From Chiloscyllium plagiosum (Eukaryota): 64,000 nucleotides of DNA. The notes under the pieces are model-generated. The model made no database searches and had not been told where the DNA came from. It saw only the letters and a program-made list of their open reading frames with translations. Made by a program: the position numbers and the translations under genes. Below are positions 25,591-38,580 of the stretch, piece by piece. The stretch lies in contig NC_057718.1 of the NCBI RefSeq assembly GCF_004010195.1, positions 88,864,229-88,928,228 of the forward strand, read 5' to 3'. Numbering within the stretch: position 1 is the stretch's first letter; each line of letters starts with the position of its first letter.

Positions 25591-26189
25591 TAACTAATCC
25601 ATGGCTTGTCGCTCTGCTTCCTGTGGTTGGTCATCCAGTTTACACTTGAAGTTTTATTAACATGGCCCAGCCTTTGGCAATACTGAATTCCCTCTAAAGC
25701 ACGTCGAAGTGTGAAAAGGTCACGTGGAACGTTCTGGAAATAAAACTCCAATGCCAGTAAAAGTGACCACAAAGGAATTAGTCAGTCCTAAAAACTCGAT
25801 ACGTTCACTCATGTCTTTCAGGGAAGGGAACAAAGTAAAGTAAGTGCCACAGAAGTTCACCAGAACAATTCTTGGGATGGTGCGACTGTCCAGAGAGGAG
25901 TTGAGAATGGGCCTGTATTCTCTGGAGTTTAGAACATGAGACATGATGACACAGAAGCATAGGAAATCTTTAAAGCGATGGACAGAGTCGATGCAGAAAT
26001 GATCTTTCCCCTGGCTATGGGATCAAGAATCTGGTCACAGTCTTAACATAAAAGACAAGTTCATTTAGGACTGGGATGAGCAGGAACCACTTCCAAATGA
26101 ATATTCAGAATTCTCTATACCATGAGATTGTGAAAGCTCAATCACTGAGTAAGTTTCGGGCAGAGACTTACAGATTACTGCATGTTAAT

Positions 26190-26416
26190 TGTAGTGATTG
26201 TAATGAGGGCACCTAGGTGGATCTCGTAGAATATGAGTTTCCTGATTGGGGCTATAAATCGAGTGCAATCAGGGAGTCCTGGCTGACAAATTTAAACAGG
26301 AGTGTCAGAGGTTCTGAGAGCTGGCACTGAGGGAGCTGGGTCAGTGTCATGTACTATACACGTGTAAATAAATGGTGACTTTGTGATAGGACACTAGTGT
26401 TTGTGGGGTTATTACA
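26190..26416 (+). mobile_element. Solo LTR inserted in a decayed CR1 3' end (CR1 ~25840-26520)
   Basis: TG...CA termini (TGTAGTGATTGTAAT...ATTACA), TATA-like elements and AATAAA; CR1 sequence resumes on both sides. The TSD is only imperfect. Confidence 0.6.
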
Positions 26417-27565
26417 CTAGTGACAAGGGGGATATGGGAATATGATATTGAGGTATATGGTTAGCCATGATCTGAAACAGCAGAGCATGCTCAAATGGCT
26501 GAATTGCTCCTATGTTCTTAAATCCACTGTCCTTATCCAACTGGGCCCAGGCCTGGCTCCAAATTGACATCAAACTTTTTAATCCTTAACCTTCCTTTGA
26601 AGTTGCCCAATAAAGCACTCCGCTCGTCAACGAGCAACTGGGGATGGACAATAAATGTCAGGTCCACCAGCAAAGCCCAAAATCCAAGAATGGATATAAT
26701 TTTTTTACAGTATCACCCAAACTGTGACTTGTTTAAGGCCTGTGTGTGTGTTTTGAATCCACAACGTTCTGCATTGGCTGAGGGTTTGGTGAGTAAAAGA
26801 GTAGAACTGACCACTCAGAAACGTGTGGCTACAACATGCTAGATTTCGTAACAAACTTGTCATCTTTTAAAACTGGACACAAATTAACTTTGAAGCAAAG
26901 ACCACCCGCCTTCTGATCTGTAGCCAAAGCAGAGAGCTGAGCCCACTGTGAGCTATTCAGACTGTGCTCCCTGAAGAATTGATCGAGAGGTGTCATTAAA
27001 TAATTAAAGGATTTCAGGATTGTCCGGTGAACTCTCGAAAGGTGTAAGGACTCCATGCTCGCACAGGAGACAGGAAGAGAGAAATCCCAAAAGAATTCCA
27101 ACATAATTGAGATTGCTATGCGGATCTTGGTTTCAGTTGATAAAAGCTAGCCAAGGGGGACTATCTGACCATCAGAACAGAGACATCGTGAAACAGAAAC
27201 TGTGCACAACAGGGAGCCAGAGAAACACACTCAGCACAGAAAGACAGCTAAAGGGTCTGCTATACTGAAACAGGCTACCATGTGCCCCATCCTACAGCGC
27301 TGTTAAACTGAAATAAATGAGCCTCTCTTCATTCTCACTCACAGTTTTGACAACTGAGTCCTCTTATGGGGTGAACCTCCAACTATTTGAATACAGATGC
27401 CATTGCAACTGCTGAAACTGACCAAACCCTGTCACTTTCAGAATCTTAAAGCAAACTATATGTGACTATATTACAAACTGGTCTCATCCTTATCTTCGTA
27501 CAGAACTTTTATCCTTAATTACTTTAAATCCTTATATAAATATATTTTAGCTAATAACTGTACCA

Positions 27566-27733
27566 GAATGTGGTGCTGGAAAAACACAGCAGGTCAGGCA
27601 GCATCCGAGGAGGAATGATGAAGGGCTTTTGCCTGAAACGTCGATTCTCCTACACCTCAGGTGCTGCCTGACCTGTGTGCTTTTCCAGCACCACATTCTC
27701 AATGCTGATCTCCAGCATTTGCTTCACTTTCTC
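27566..27733. mobile_element. Fold-back PLE-terminus insertion with a 15-bp TSD
   Basis: TSD CTAATAACTGTACCA / CTAATAACTGGACCA (27551-27565, 27734-27748); inverted arms. Confidence 0.8.
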
Positions 27734-27827
27734 CTAATAACTGGACCACTCACTTAAGCAACTTTCAGAAGTGGTCGTGTAATAAACTAACATTTGCACT
27801 GTGTGAAACATAAAACTGAGGGTTACT

Positions 27828-28221
27828 TTAGATTCCCTACAGTGTGGAAACAGGTCCTTTGGCCCAATGAGTCCATGCCAACCCTCCTAAGAGTAACCCA
27901 CCCAGACCCATTTCCCTCTGACTAATGCCCCTAACACTGTAAGCAATTTAGCACAGCCAATTCACCTAACCTGCATATCTTGGCACTGTGGGAGGAAACC
28001 CACACAGACAGTAACCCAAGGCTGGAATTGAACTTGGGACCCTGGTGCTGTGAGGCAGCAGTGCTAACCACTGAGCCACCATGCTGCTCCAAAACAGGAT
28101 CACCAGAGGAATCCCATGCAGACATAGAAAGAATGTGTAAACTCCACACAGACAGTCACCCAAGGCTGGAATTGAGCCTGAGTCCCTGGCGCTGAGAGGC
28201 TGCAGTGGTAACCACTGAGCC
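27828..28221 (-). mobile_element. HE1-type V-SINE with duplicated 5' head (or two nested copies)
   Basis: Two tRNA-head segments ending at ~28087 and ~28221, with a single tail. Confidence 0.75.
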
Positions 28222-28274
28222 AAAAGGAAAGACCCACCCAAGCACTGCTCACTGGCAAACCTCAACATCACACT

Positions 28275-28348
28275 TGGCCAGTGTGGGGATTGAACCCATG
28301 ACCTTGGTGTTATTAGCACCACACTCTAACCATCTGAGCTAACCAACC
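28275..28348 (-). pseudogene. tRNA-Ile(AAT) copy, probably a pseudogene or tRNA-derived SINE head
   Basis: Minus strand GGTTGGTTAGCTCAGATGGTTAGAGTGTGGTGCTAATAACACCAAGGTCATGGGTTCAATCCCCACACTGGCCA (74 nt) is collinear with vertebrate tRNA-Ile-AAT; most differences are CpG transitions. Confidence 0.8.
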
Positions 28349-29199
28349 TACAATGGCTTAACATGAAACCATTGTAAATTAAAAGGGCGCTGGATACCAG
28401 TTGATATGAATTCCTAGTTTAAGGTCTCTCTGAGGAAATGCTTTCTTTGTACTTGTGACATCAAGGGTCACAGATAGTCGGATAGTGACCTTCTCTATCT
28501 GTCCAGTCACCTTCATCAATTTGAGTATGTAGTTTCCAGGTGTCTCTGCTCTGCCAAACTTTATAAAATGATTGTATTTAGTTCATACTGTCCCTTCTTA
28601 TTCTTTCTATTGCAGTGTATTATTGCAGACTTTTATGTATCAAATGTATTTGCCCAGAGTCTGCCTACTTTACCAGTCTGATATCTGCTCCCCACATTTC
28701 CAACTTTGCAAACATCGATATTTTAAACTGCATATCTAAATCCAGACTGCACTAACTTAATCAAACTTCTTTGATACTTTCTGAAAGATTTTGATCAAGT
28801 TTAAGAAGACCGTACTGGCTTTGATATATTAGCCCACATGTAACCAAACACCAGTTAAATTTGTGCTGATTTATTAGACAGATGTTTCCAATGGACATCA
28901 ACCCACTGAAGTTGAGATCAGATGGGGGTTTCTGAGTTTGAATTTGCTCAGGGCTGTGACATAATCTTCCAGGCCTCCTAATTTGCGACCTCAGAGTTTG
29001 CCATTCTACCAAGGACAGTAGGAATACTGTTTTTGCCCAATAAGAGGCAGTTCTGAATTCTCAACTACTCCACCCAGTGAGGTTGGTACCATTTGAGTCA
29101 GGTCAGGAATTATGAGAGGGAGAGTAAACTTGGAGGGGTTCTTGTGAGACTGTTGATGAAAATATCCCTGTAGAGGCGAATTGGGATGGTGGGGAAACC

Positions 29200-29715
29200 C
29201 CACCCCCTTATCTAAGGAAAGATATGTTGGCATTGAAGGCAATCCAGAGAATGTTCACTCGACTGATCCTGGGTAGGGAAGAGCTGTTTTAGGTGGATTG
29301 GGCTTGTGCTCATTGGAATATAGAAAAATGAGAGGTGACCTTCTTGAAACATTCGAGATTCTTACTGGAAGTTGACAGGGTGGATACAGGAAAGTTGTTC
29401 CCCCTTGTGGGAGAATCTGGGACCAGAGTGCATAATCTCAGAATAATGGGTGACACGTTTAAGATAGAGATGGGAAGGAATTTCTTCTCTCAGAAAGCAG
29501 TGAATATGTACTATTCTTTACTCAGGAGTGCTGTCGGGTCTGCGTTGTTAAGTATGTTCAAAGCTAGATAGACAGGTTTTTAGTCAGGAAGGGTTAAGGG
29601 GAAAAGGCTGGAAAGTGGAGTTGAGGGGTATCAGATTAACCATAATCTCACTGAATGGGAGAGCAGACAGGATGGGTTGAATGGTCTGCTTCCACTCCAA
29701 CATCCTATGGTCATT
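29200..29715 (+). mobile_element. CR1 LINE 3' end
   Basis: VDRVDTGKLFPLVGESGTRVHNLRI...GRNFFSQKAVN plus the 3' UTR. Confidence 0.85.
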
Positions 29716-30339
29716 TCTGGAGACTGCCACGACTTTTCATGGATGTAACCTGACTGCTGAGGCAGGGGGGAGCCTCTGGTTGCAGTGACCCCAGCTGCCA
29801 GTGGGGGGCCACCTCTAACCGGCTGGCAGCCTCTGAATGTTCTACTGGAAAATGGCCATGAGTCCACCATGCCCTTAGCAACACAAAGTGGGTTTCCCCT
29901 CCCACCCCCCATGGATTAATTTGCTGGCGCTCTTCTCAAGTCAGCCTCGGGAACGTTCACCGGCAACTGGAATGTATCGGTAAGCCTTTCGAAGCTTTTT
30001 CTTCCTGTCCCCAGCCTTCCACTTTATTCAACTTTCCTGTATCCACCCTGTCAACCTCCAGCAAGAATCTCAAATGTTTCAAGAAGGTCACCTCTCATTT
30101 TTCTATATTCCAATGAGTACAAGCCCAATCCACCTAAAACAGCCATTCCCTACCCAGGATCAGTCTGGTGAACATTTTCTGGATTGCCTCCAATGCCAAT
30201 ACATCTTTCCTTAGATAAGGAGCTAGGGTTTCCAAACCATCCCAATTTGCCTCTGTCGGACTATATTCATATATGGTCTCACAAGGATGCCTCAAGGTCA
30301 ATTCTCCCTCTCATAAACCCTGACCTGACTCAAATGAAT

Positions 30340-30785
30340 CCTCCACCGCCAAATCCAATCCACCCGATGCCTGGGGGAAGAATGCCTCATTTTCCGCCTT
30401 GGGACCCTCCAACCACATGGCTTCGACGTCAACTTTACCCATTTCCTCAACACACCTCCCCCCCCACCTCATCCCAGATCCAACCACCCTCTTGACCTGT
30501 CCTACCTATCCATCTTCCTTCCTACCTATCCATTCCACCCTCCCCTTCGACCTATCACCATCACCCCCACCTGCATCTACCTATTGCCTTCCCAGCTACC
30601 TTCCTCCATCCTCCTATCTCTCAGCCTCCATTTCCACACCCACCCCCAAATTCCTGATGAAGGGCTTATGCCCAAAACATCGATTCCCCTGCCTCCTCGG
30701 ATGCTGCCTGACCTGCTGTGCTTTTCTAGCACCACACTTTTTGACCCTGATCTCCAGCACCTGCAGTCCTCACTTTCTCTCTGAC
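30340..30785 (+). mobile_element. PLE 3' fragment inserted into one arm of an inverted duplication
   Basis: Same sequence family as 18930-19364, including CCTGATGAAGGGCTTATGCCC and the terminus. Confidence 0.8.
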
Positions 30786-31474
30786 TCTAGTGGTCCCAAC
30801 CTCACCGGTGGAGTAGTTGAGACTTCAGAACTCCCCCTCTTTGGGCTAAAAGGCATTCCCTACTATCCTGATAGAATGGCGAGGAAGTTTCATCCTATTA
30901 TTTCTACAGGTTTCCCATTAGCCCTGTGAAGATATCAGGTTTGTCCCTCTCCCTTTATTTAAGCAGATTAGCAATCCTCCAGTTGTCTGGCACGGCATCC
31001 ACATCCAACGAGGGTTAGAAAATTGTAGCTGAAGCTTGTTTATCTTCCACCCTTACATCGCTCAGCAACCTAGGGTCACTCTATATGGACAGAGTGACTT
31101 TTCTACTTCCAAGATTACAGACCCTCCTAAGTGCCTTTATCTGTTTATCTTCTGTTCAGTCACGAATGCCTTCTCCTTTCCTTTAATGACGACCGACGCA
31201 AAATGCTCCTTCAGTAACTCAACCGTGCCTTCACTGTAAGACATTTTAGAGTTCCTAATCAGCCCCAATCTTTCTTTCAATATCCTTCTTTGAATATATG
31301 TCTGTAGGTCAGAAAAGTTACATTCTTTATTATAGTATTATTAGATATGACCCTAAAGCTGTACTTACTTTTAGAAAGTTAGGCAAAAACATCACACAAT
31401 AGTGGAGGGGGTGTGGGTGCAGTGAGAAGAAATACATTTGTATCATATGCACCACGAAAAGACAGATAAAACAA

Positions 31475-31770
31475 AGATTATATTCCCTACAGTGTGAAAA
31501 CAGGCCCTTTAGCCCAACCAGTCCACACTGACCCTCCGAAGAGTAACCCACCCAGACCCATTTCCCTCTGACTAATGCACCGAACACTAAGGGGCAAATT
31601 AGCCTGGCCAACCCACCTAACCTGCACATCTTTGGACGGTGGGAGGAAACCCACACAGACACAGCGGGAATGTGCAAACTCCACACACAGTCGCCTGAGG
31701 TTCGAATCAAACCTGGGTTCCTGTCGCTGTGAGGCAGCAGTGCTAATCACTGAGTCATCACACCACCCAG
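31475..31770 (-). mobile_element. HE1-type V-SINE
   Basis: Reverse-complement consensus. Confidence 0.85.
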
Positions 31771-31871
31771 TGTTGAAACCTTGTGGCTGACCCGAACTGT
31801 TACCTGATCCTGAGCTGACAGCATGACCCTCTCCGTCGCAAAAATGGCCTGATATGTCACGTTGCCAGAAG

Positions 31872-32498
31872 ACAATTAAAGACAGCCTTGAAATTGTAAG
31901 AAATTGCTCTAAAAAGAAACGCCTGAGAATAAAAAAAGCAAGTCAGCCATTGGACTGGAGCTGAAAGGCAGCTACCTTCCAGAGGGGAAAGTGGAGGGTG
32001 ACAGACAGAATGGTGACAGACCTCCTGGTGCAGTGATAGAATCATACCGCATGGAAGAGGCCCTTTGACCCATCGGGTCTGTGCCATCGTGTCTACACCA
32101 ATCTCACTTTCCAGCCACAGCCTTGACTGCTGTTAGGACATTTCAGATTGTAGATGATCCCCGGGTGGATCGGTGAGATAGGAGTAAGCTGGAGGAGTGT
32201 GAGGAACTGTGAGAGCTGATCTCCTGGAGGCAAGCCCCAGCAGCAATGACATTACCCCAGGGCTCCCACCACCATTACGAAACAACTCAGCTCTTGTTTT
32301 GTTTTGCTCAAGCCCTTAGCGGAGCCTTTTCTCGACTCTAGACCTAATCACCGCCCCGGGAGCTCCATCACCCTTCTGTCCACTTTTCCCTCTGGAAGAT
32401 ATCTGCCTATCAGCTCCAGTCAAATGGCTGACTTCGTTTTTTTTTCTCAGACGTCCCTTTTTAGAGTAATTTCTTACAATTTTGAATCTAGACTTAAT
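31872..32498. repeat. ~125-bp imperfect inverted repeat with a ~375 bp spacer
   Basis: AAATTGTAAGAAATTGCTCTAAAAAG...AGTCAGCCATTGGACTGGAGCTGA...CTTCCAGAGGGGAAAGTGGA (31872-31996) is the reverse complement of 32378-32498. Confidence 0.85.
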
Positions 32499-35419
32499 GG
32501 GATGTGTTTTATAAGATCAGCGGGGACCCCGACCCAGTGGGTCCTGAGGTACACTTGTCGGTACTGGCAGAGTTCTACCTGAATGGAATCCCCTCACCCC
32601 CACGCCACACCAAGATGGGTGGTGGTCTCTATGTGCTATTGGTCCAGTCACAGGGCCAGCAGCTTAAGCAACCTACACCAGGAGAGATGGTTGTTGCTGA
32701 GCCTGAAGCAGGCTGGTGATAAAATTATCTTCAAAATTCACAATGTTGGGTAGGAGGGAACATCTTTGGCTGGGGTAAGATGTAATAGGGGTGCATTGGG
32801 GTAGCTTTCCCCACTTGCAGCCTCTGTGGGGCTTTCTCTGCTGGGATCTTGCCCACATTTAGCCAGTGGTCTCTCTGCCGTTAACAAAACGATGCTTCCT
32901 TGCCCCCAGCAGCCTGTTTGATTGTCCACTCATCGTCAGTCACATGGCCTCAACAGACATCGAGGAAGTGACCCAACCCAGCCATTATATGCTTCTAAAC
33001 CCTCCTCCCCATCCCCCACCCGGCCCCCTCAGTTTTGGGATTTCATAGGCCCCTGTGCCCTTTGGGTCGGTGATAATCAGCCCAACGTTTCTAGAACTCT
33101 TCACGTCAACCTCTCACCCTGCCACAACCAATCAACCTGGGCTCAGAGTGTGAAAGCCTGTGGCCTGTATCCTAACCTGCCCCAATTCCCAAGGTAACCA
33201 TCACACCACCCTTGCCAATTTACGTTGGCACCCAGTCCGGCAAGGTCTTCATTTGAAAATTATATTCAAATTCTTACGGGCTGTATTCTCACATGGCACT
33301 GCAGCAACTTCCATTCCTACGGAAACACTGTGTTCCTCCAAACCTTATCCTTTGCACATCACCCTCTCACTTGTGGCCACTTCCCATTGGCAAATGAGCT
33401 TCAGCATCTAGGTTCTGAGCTCTTGAATTCCCTCACCAAACCGCTCTTCTCTCTTTCCTTCTCTCCTCGATGAAGATCCTCTTTAAAATCTACAGACAGA
33501 ATCTTCCAGGCCTGTAGGGCAAGGGTTACGGTGCGGAATTTGACCATAAGGCCTATCTCAATTTTGGGAGCAACCCTTTGCAACTTTTACTCAGGCTCAA
33601 ATGTCAAGGTGAAATTCTTGCCAACAGGCAGCAGAGCTTCCTGTTAAAGGGGGACATTGTTACCAAGCTTATTAACAGCAAATCTCATCTCATTAGCACA
33701 CTGCTTCCTACCCAAATCACCCACCAACATTGGCATGCTATAGATCACCATGCTATAAATGCTAACTCTTCATTGGCATCTCTCCGATACACTTGCTTAA
33801 GGAATTACAGAGCTGCATTGCAGGGCACACTGCCAATGAGTGTTGAATGGTAGCTGCAAGGACACTACGTATGTAGGGACAGGTACCCCCAGATTACAGA
33901 GTGGACCAGGCTGCATCTCAGGGCACTCTTAGCGTTCACTCACTTAGCGCCTACCAACGTGCTTACAGCATCCTTGCCTTGCTCTGTTGATTAGCACAGT
34001 CACATCACCAGGCAGCTTGCCTTTTTCTGATCGACAGTCCTTAGTCAAAGGAGAGGGGTGAGCAGAAATCTTGCCCAAATGATGCCCACAAATCTTGCCC
34101 TCAGTGTGCTATGTCAGTCTCAGTCCTGCACCCAGCCTTACACGGCGAGCACACTGCACGTGCAGCAAGCAAGCAACTAGGGCTCATAGTCTGAGGGAAA
34201 TGGTCCTCACTGAAATCATGGAGGCACTCCTCAGTCATGGGGAGTCTCTGATTCCAGTCCAGGGAAGGACCACAGTCAGGCTTCCAGTCAGGGTATTCTT
34301 AGTCGGTGGGGGGAAGGTCTGTGCCTTTGTGGTCCCAGGGAGTGGGGCCACGGTCAATCCTGTGGCGCCATAGCAACCAGTCAAGGGAGGTAGGGCTAAT
34401 GCAGTCGGGGAGATTGGCACTATCAGTCAGGGATCTGGTTACTTCTCATCCATGGCTGTCTGGTCAGGTCGCTCCAGGGAGTGGGTCAGTCAGTTGGGTC
34501 CATCCAAAGGAACTAGTCTAAAGAGGGCTGGGGACAAGGGGAGACACTGCATAGCATGGAGAGTTGGGAACCGATTCATTGGGGTTGGACACCCTTTGAA
34601 CCTGGAGGTCTAGTCAGGCAATTCCATGGGGGTTTGTGTGCAGACGGTCCAGACATTCTGAGGGTCGTCCTACCAGAGGAATGTGAACCCTCATTGGCTT
34701 GAGCCAAGGGTCAGGGGACTGGGAGTGGTAGGGGAGGGGGGGAGGTGGGGGAGGGTTTGTGGAGATGGAGAACTTGGCCATCTCTGGAGAGTGAGGAAGA
34801 GGAGAGTTGTAGACCATGAGCCTTGGTGGGAAATGGATGCAGTAGCAGAGACAGAGTGAAGGTGAGGCAGTCGAGAGAAGGGTGTTGCAGTTATCCTAGT
34901 GGAGCGGAAAAGGTAACCAGTCTCTTGTGGTGTTGGAGGTTGTTCCTCTAGATACATTCGGAATGACTGACTTTGACTGAGCAGGGCAGCTTCGAAATGC
35001 CAGTGCTTATCTGGGTGCCTTTTGAATATGGCATGGGCGCTGTGGAGGCTGGTCTATTGGTGGATATCCAGTGAGTGGTGAGCTGTTCCCGGAATGGTGA
35101 GAGATAGGACAGAGCTGGAATCAGGTGTGGTAGATAGTTAATAAGATGAGCTTGATAACATATGGAGAGAGGCATCACAGGGAGATGCCTTCCAGGAAAT
35201 CTGACCAAATTAACAGGGCCAAGAAAAGTAAGAGGCAGCCCTGTCTCTTTGACTGAGTTTTTAGTCACAGTCCCTCAAGTCACCTTCCTTTACTCCAAAT
35301 GAATTAGGTTCCCATAAAGGCCTCGGGTCCTTTTCCTCCACTTAACGTTCTATAGGTCAGTAAGTTGACTTCGAATGTTACAGGTAAAACAGAACCCAAT
35401 GGAGGGTGAGATTTAAAAC

Positions 35420-35750
35420 TGGTTAAAATGTAGTCGCTACTGTAATGTAAGGAAAAGCAGCAGTTAAATTTCTGACAGTGAGGGCCACAAATGGCAGGAG
35501 GTATTTCCCAGACCACTTGGTTTAGTACTGTAGGTTGAGAGATAAGTATTGGCCAAGGGCACCAGGGAGAACTCACCACTTCACCAAGGAGTGAAATCTC
35601 TTACATCCACCTGAGAATGTAGATGAAACCTTGGTTGAGCTTCTCGAGAAAAGATAACACCTGCAGCAGTCTGACTCTCCTTCAGTGCTGTGGTGAGAGT
35701 GAAACGGAGTGTATGCCTGGACGTCTGACTCAAAGACAAGACAGGGAGTC
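35420..35750 (-). mobile_element. Deu-domain SINE fragment (another at ~37460-37720)
   Basis: GAGATAAGTATTGGCCAAGGGCACCAGGGAGAACTC...CTTACATCCACCTGAGA (reverse Deu core). Confidence 0.55.
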
Positions 35751-36231
35751 AGGGCTGAACAAGCTTTCTCGTTCTCATCTTTACGCCTACAATGCAAGGC
35801 GATGTTAAAAGCAGCTGTTTGTTTGAGGCAGGAGAAGAGAGGTATTGGGAGGACAGGAACATCCAGGCTTCATATCTAGCCTGTGTAATAGAGGCATCTC
35901 AACCTCAAGTTGTGTGAGGAGGCTACACCCAATAACAAAAGTAATCAATCATTAGTGTCATCAGTATCAGACCGCGGTTAAGGCACGGCATTGATGTAGA
36001 AAGGAAGAGGGATGGCAGTGGCCTACCAGTTGTTACTGCTGGATGACTAACTCAGAGACCCAGAGGATGTTCTGGGCACCTGGATTAAAATCTTACCATG
36101 GCAAATGGGGGAGTTTCAACTCAATAAAAATCGTGAATTAGGAGTCCTAATGATGACCATGAAATCATTGTAGAGCTGAAAATGTGTTGCTGGAAAAGCG
36201 CAGCAGGTCAGGCAGCATCCAGGGAACAGGA

Positions 36232-36267
36232 GAATCGACGTTTCGGGCATAAGCCCTTCTTCAGGAA
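36232..36267 (-). ncRNA. Minimal type-I hammerhead ribozyme motif, intact core
   Basis: Minus strand TTC-CTGAAGA-A-GGGC(TTAT)GCCC-GAA-ACGT-C-GATTC. Confidence 0.65.
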
Positions 36268-36959
36268 NNNNNNNNNNNNNNNNNNNNNNNNNNNNNNNNN
36301 NNNNNNNNNNNNNNNNNNNNNNNNNNNNNNNNNNNNNNNNNNNNNNNNNNNNNNNNNNNNNNNNNNNNNNNNNNNNNNNNNNNNNNNNNNNNNNNNNNNN
36401 NNNNNNNNNNNNNNNNNNNNNNNNNNNNNNNNNNNNNNNNNNNNNNNNNNNNNNNNNNNNNNNNNNNNNNNNNNNNNNNNNNNNNNNNNNNNNNNNNNNN
36501 NNNNNNNNNNNNNNNNNNNNNNNNNNNNNNNNNNNNNNNNNNNNNNNNNNNNNNNNNNNNNNNNNNNNNNNNNNNNNNNNNNNNNNNNNNNNNNNNNNNN
36601 NNNNNNNNNNNNNNNNNNNNNNNNNNNNNNNNNNNNNNNNNNNNNNNNNNNNNNNNNNNNNNNNNNNNNNNNNNNNNNNNNNNNNNNNNNNNNNNNNNNN
36701 NNNNNNNNNNNNNNNNNNNNNNNNNNNNNNNNNNNNNNNNNNNNNNNNNNNNNNNNNNNNNNNNNNNNNNNNNNNNNNNNNNNNNNNNNNNNNNNNNNNN
36801 NNNNNNNNNNNNNNNNNNNNNNNNNNNNNNNNNNNNNNNNNNNNNNNNNNNNNNNNNNNNNNNNNNNNNNNNNNNNNNNNNNNNNNNNNNNNNNNNNNNN
36901 NNNNNNNNNNNNNNNNNNNNNNNNNNNNNNNNNNNNNNNNNNNNNNNNNNNNNNNNNNN
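36268..36959. other. Assembly gap (692 N)
   Basis: Run of N. Confidence 1.
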
Positions 36960-38260
36960 CGACCACGTCGGGGGTGAAATTGCGGTCCTTGAAGAAGGAG
37001 GCCATCTGTGTTGTGCGTTTTTGGTACTGGTCCTCCTGGGAGCAGATGCGGCGGAGACTAAGGAACTTGGAGAATGGGATGGCGTTTTTACAGGGGGCAG
37101 GGTGGGAGGAGGTGTAGTCCAGGTAGCTGTGGGAGTCGGTCGGTTTGTAGTAGATGTCCGTGTTGATTCGGTCGCCTGAGATAGAAATAGAAAGGTCGAG
37201 GAAGGGGAAGGAGGAATCTGAGACTGTCCAGGTGAATTTGAGGTCAGGGTGGAAGGTGTTGGTGAAGTGGATGAACTGTTCAACCTCCTCGTGGGAGCAC
37301 GAGGCGGCGCCGATACAGTCCATCGATGTAGCGGAGGAAAAGGAACCCTCCAACCACAAGGGATGAACTCGGATTTCACCAGCTCTGGGCAATTAGGGTT
37401 GGGATTCAAATGCTGGCCAGGTCAGTGACATCACCATCCTGTGAATGAATAAAAGAAAAAGGATTTTACGTTTTCTCTGGCCACTTTCTTGACCTCAAAT
37501 CATCCTCAAAGCACTTTGCTCGGAATGAAAATCACTTACTAGATATTAGTTGCTGTTGTAGGAAATGCAACAATTCATGCACAGTAAGATCTCACAAACA
37601 GCAATGTGATAACGATGAGGTAACCTGTACGGGTTTGATGGATATATATTGATCAGAGTATGTGGAAAATCTCCTTTTTTAGAGAGTGCCCTGAAGTCTT
37701 TTGTGTTCACCTTAGAGGTACAGTACTTGGGTCTGAAAGGGTTAATTCTCAGGGCTGCCCCAAGCATCATCCAAGATAATGATGCCACATGGAGTAATGG
37801 GCAGAACAGGATTGCAAAGGAGTCAGATCTAACATTCTTGTCCTCCTTGGACTCTTTGTAACAATCTATCATGTCAGTGTAACCTGTAACTAGTTGTCAG
37901 CATGTAATAAAGTATATTGTGTTAACTGTAAGAGACTTTTCTAGGTGGGCCAGGAAGTGGTTTACCTGCACCATCCCAGGCCATGTAGATTCCAACACTA
38001 AAACAGGATGGGGACAGCAACCTTCACATGAACAACAGGTCACACAAGATGGTGAGCTGACAGTTTGATAAGAAGCATCGTGGAGTTGATTTGACTGTTT
38101 GTACAACACGGTGAGCAGTGGGCTGAGATTCGTTAGACTCAGCTTTAAGTGTACAACAGGCAGCAGCAGGGAAAACCCTTGTGGCAATCCTCAACAAGGA
38201 GGAGTGCTCCGGTGAATGTTAAAAGCATTTCAGACCCAGGAAGAGACAAAACTCAACAAG

Positions 38261-38580
38261 AGGGTGGCACGGTGACTCAGTAGTTGGCATTGCTGCCTCA
38301 CAGCACCAGGGAACCGGGTTTGATTCCAGCCTCGGGTGACTGTCTGTGTGGAGTTTGCACGTTCTCCCCGTGTCTGTGTGGGTTTCCTCTGGGTGTTCCG
38401 GTTTCCTCCCACAATCCAAAGATGTGCAGGTCAGGTGAATTGGCCAGGCTAAATTGCCCAGAGTGTTAGGTGAAGGGGTAAATGTAGCGGTATGGGTCTG
38501 GGTGGGTTGCTCTTCAGAGGGTCGGTGTGGACTTGTTGGGCCGAAGGGCCTGTTTCCACACTGTAGGGAATCTAAATCTA
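38261..38580 (+). mobile_element. HE1-type V-SINE, full length
   Basis: GGGTGGCACGGTGACTCAG...GTAGGGAATCTAAATCT. Confidence 0.9.

Larger units (their letters stand above)
36172..37340 (-). mobile_element. Young 5'-truncated Penelope-like element spanning an assembly gap
   Basis: RT peptide RYID(frameshift)DCIGAASCSHEEVEQFIHFTNTFHPDLKFTW...PFLDLSI...TDIYYKPTDSHSYLDYTSSHP...LRRICS on the right flank; PLE terminus on the left flank; CpGs retained. Confidence 0.88.

Noticed and set aside
33520..35270. GC-rich region with many short ORFs, possibly a decayed DNA transposon (similar case at 57380-57925)
   Set aside because: No convincing motif or TIR; left unassigned.
36182..37409. The three longest ORFs (311-394 aa)
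   Set aside because: Artefacts of translating through the N gap; only the PLE RT portion is real.
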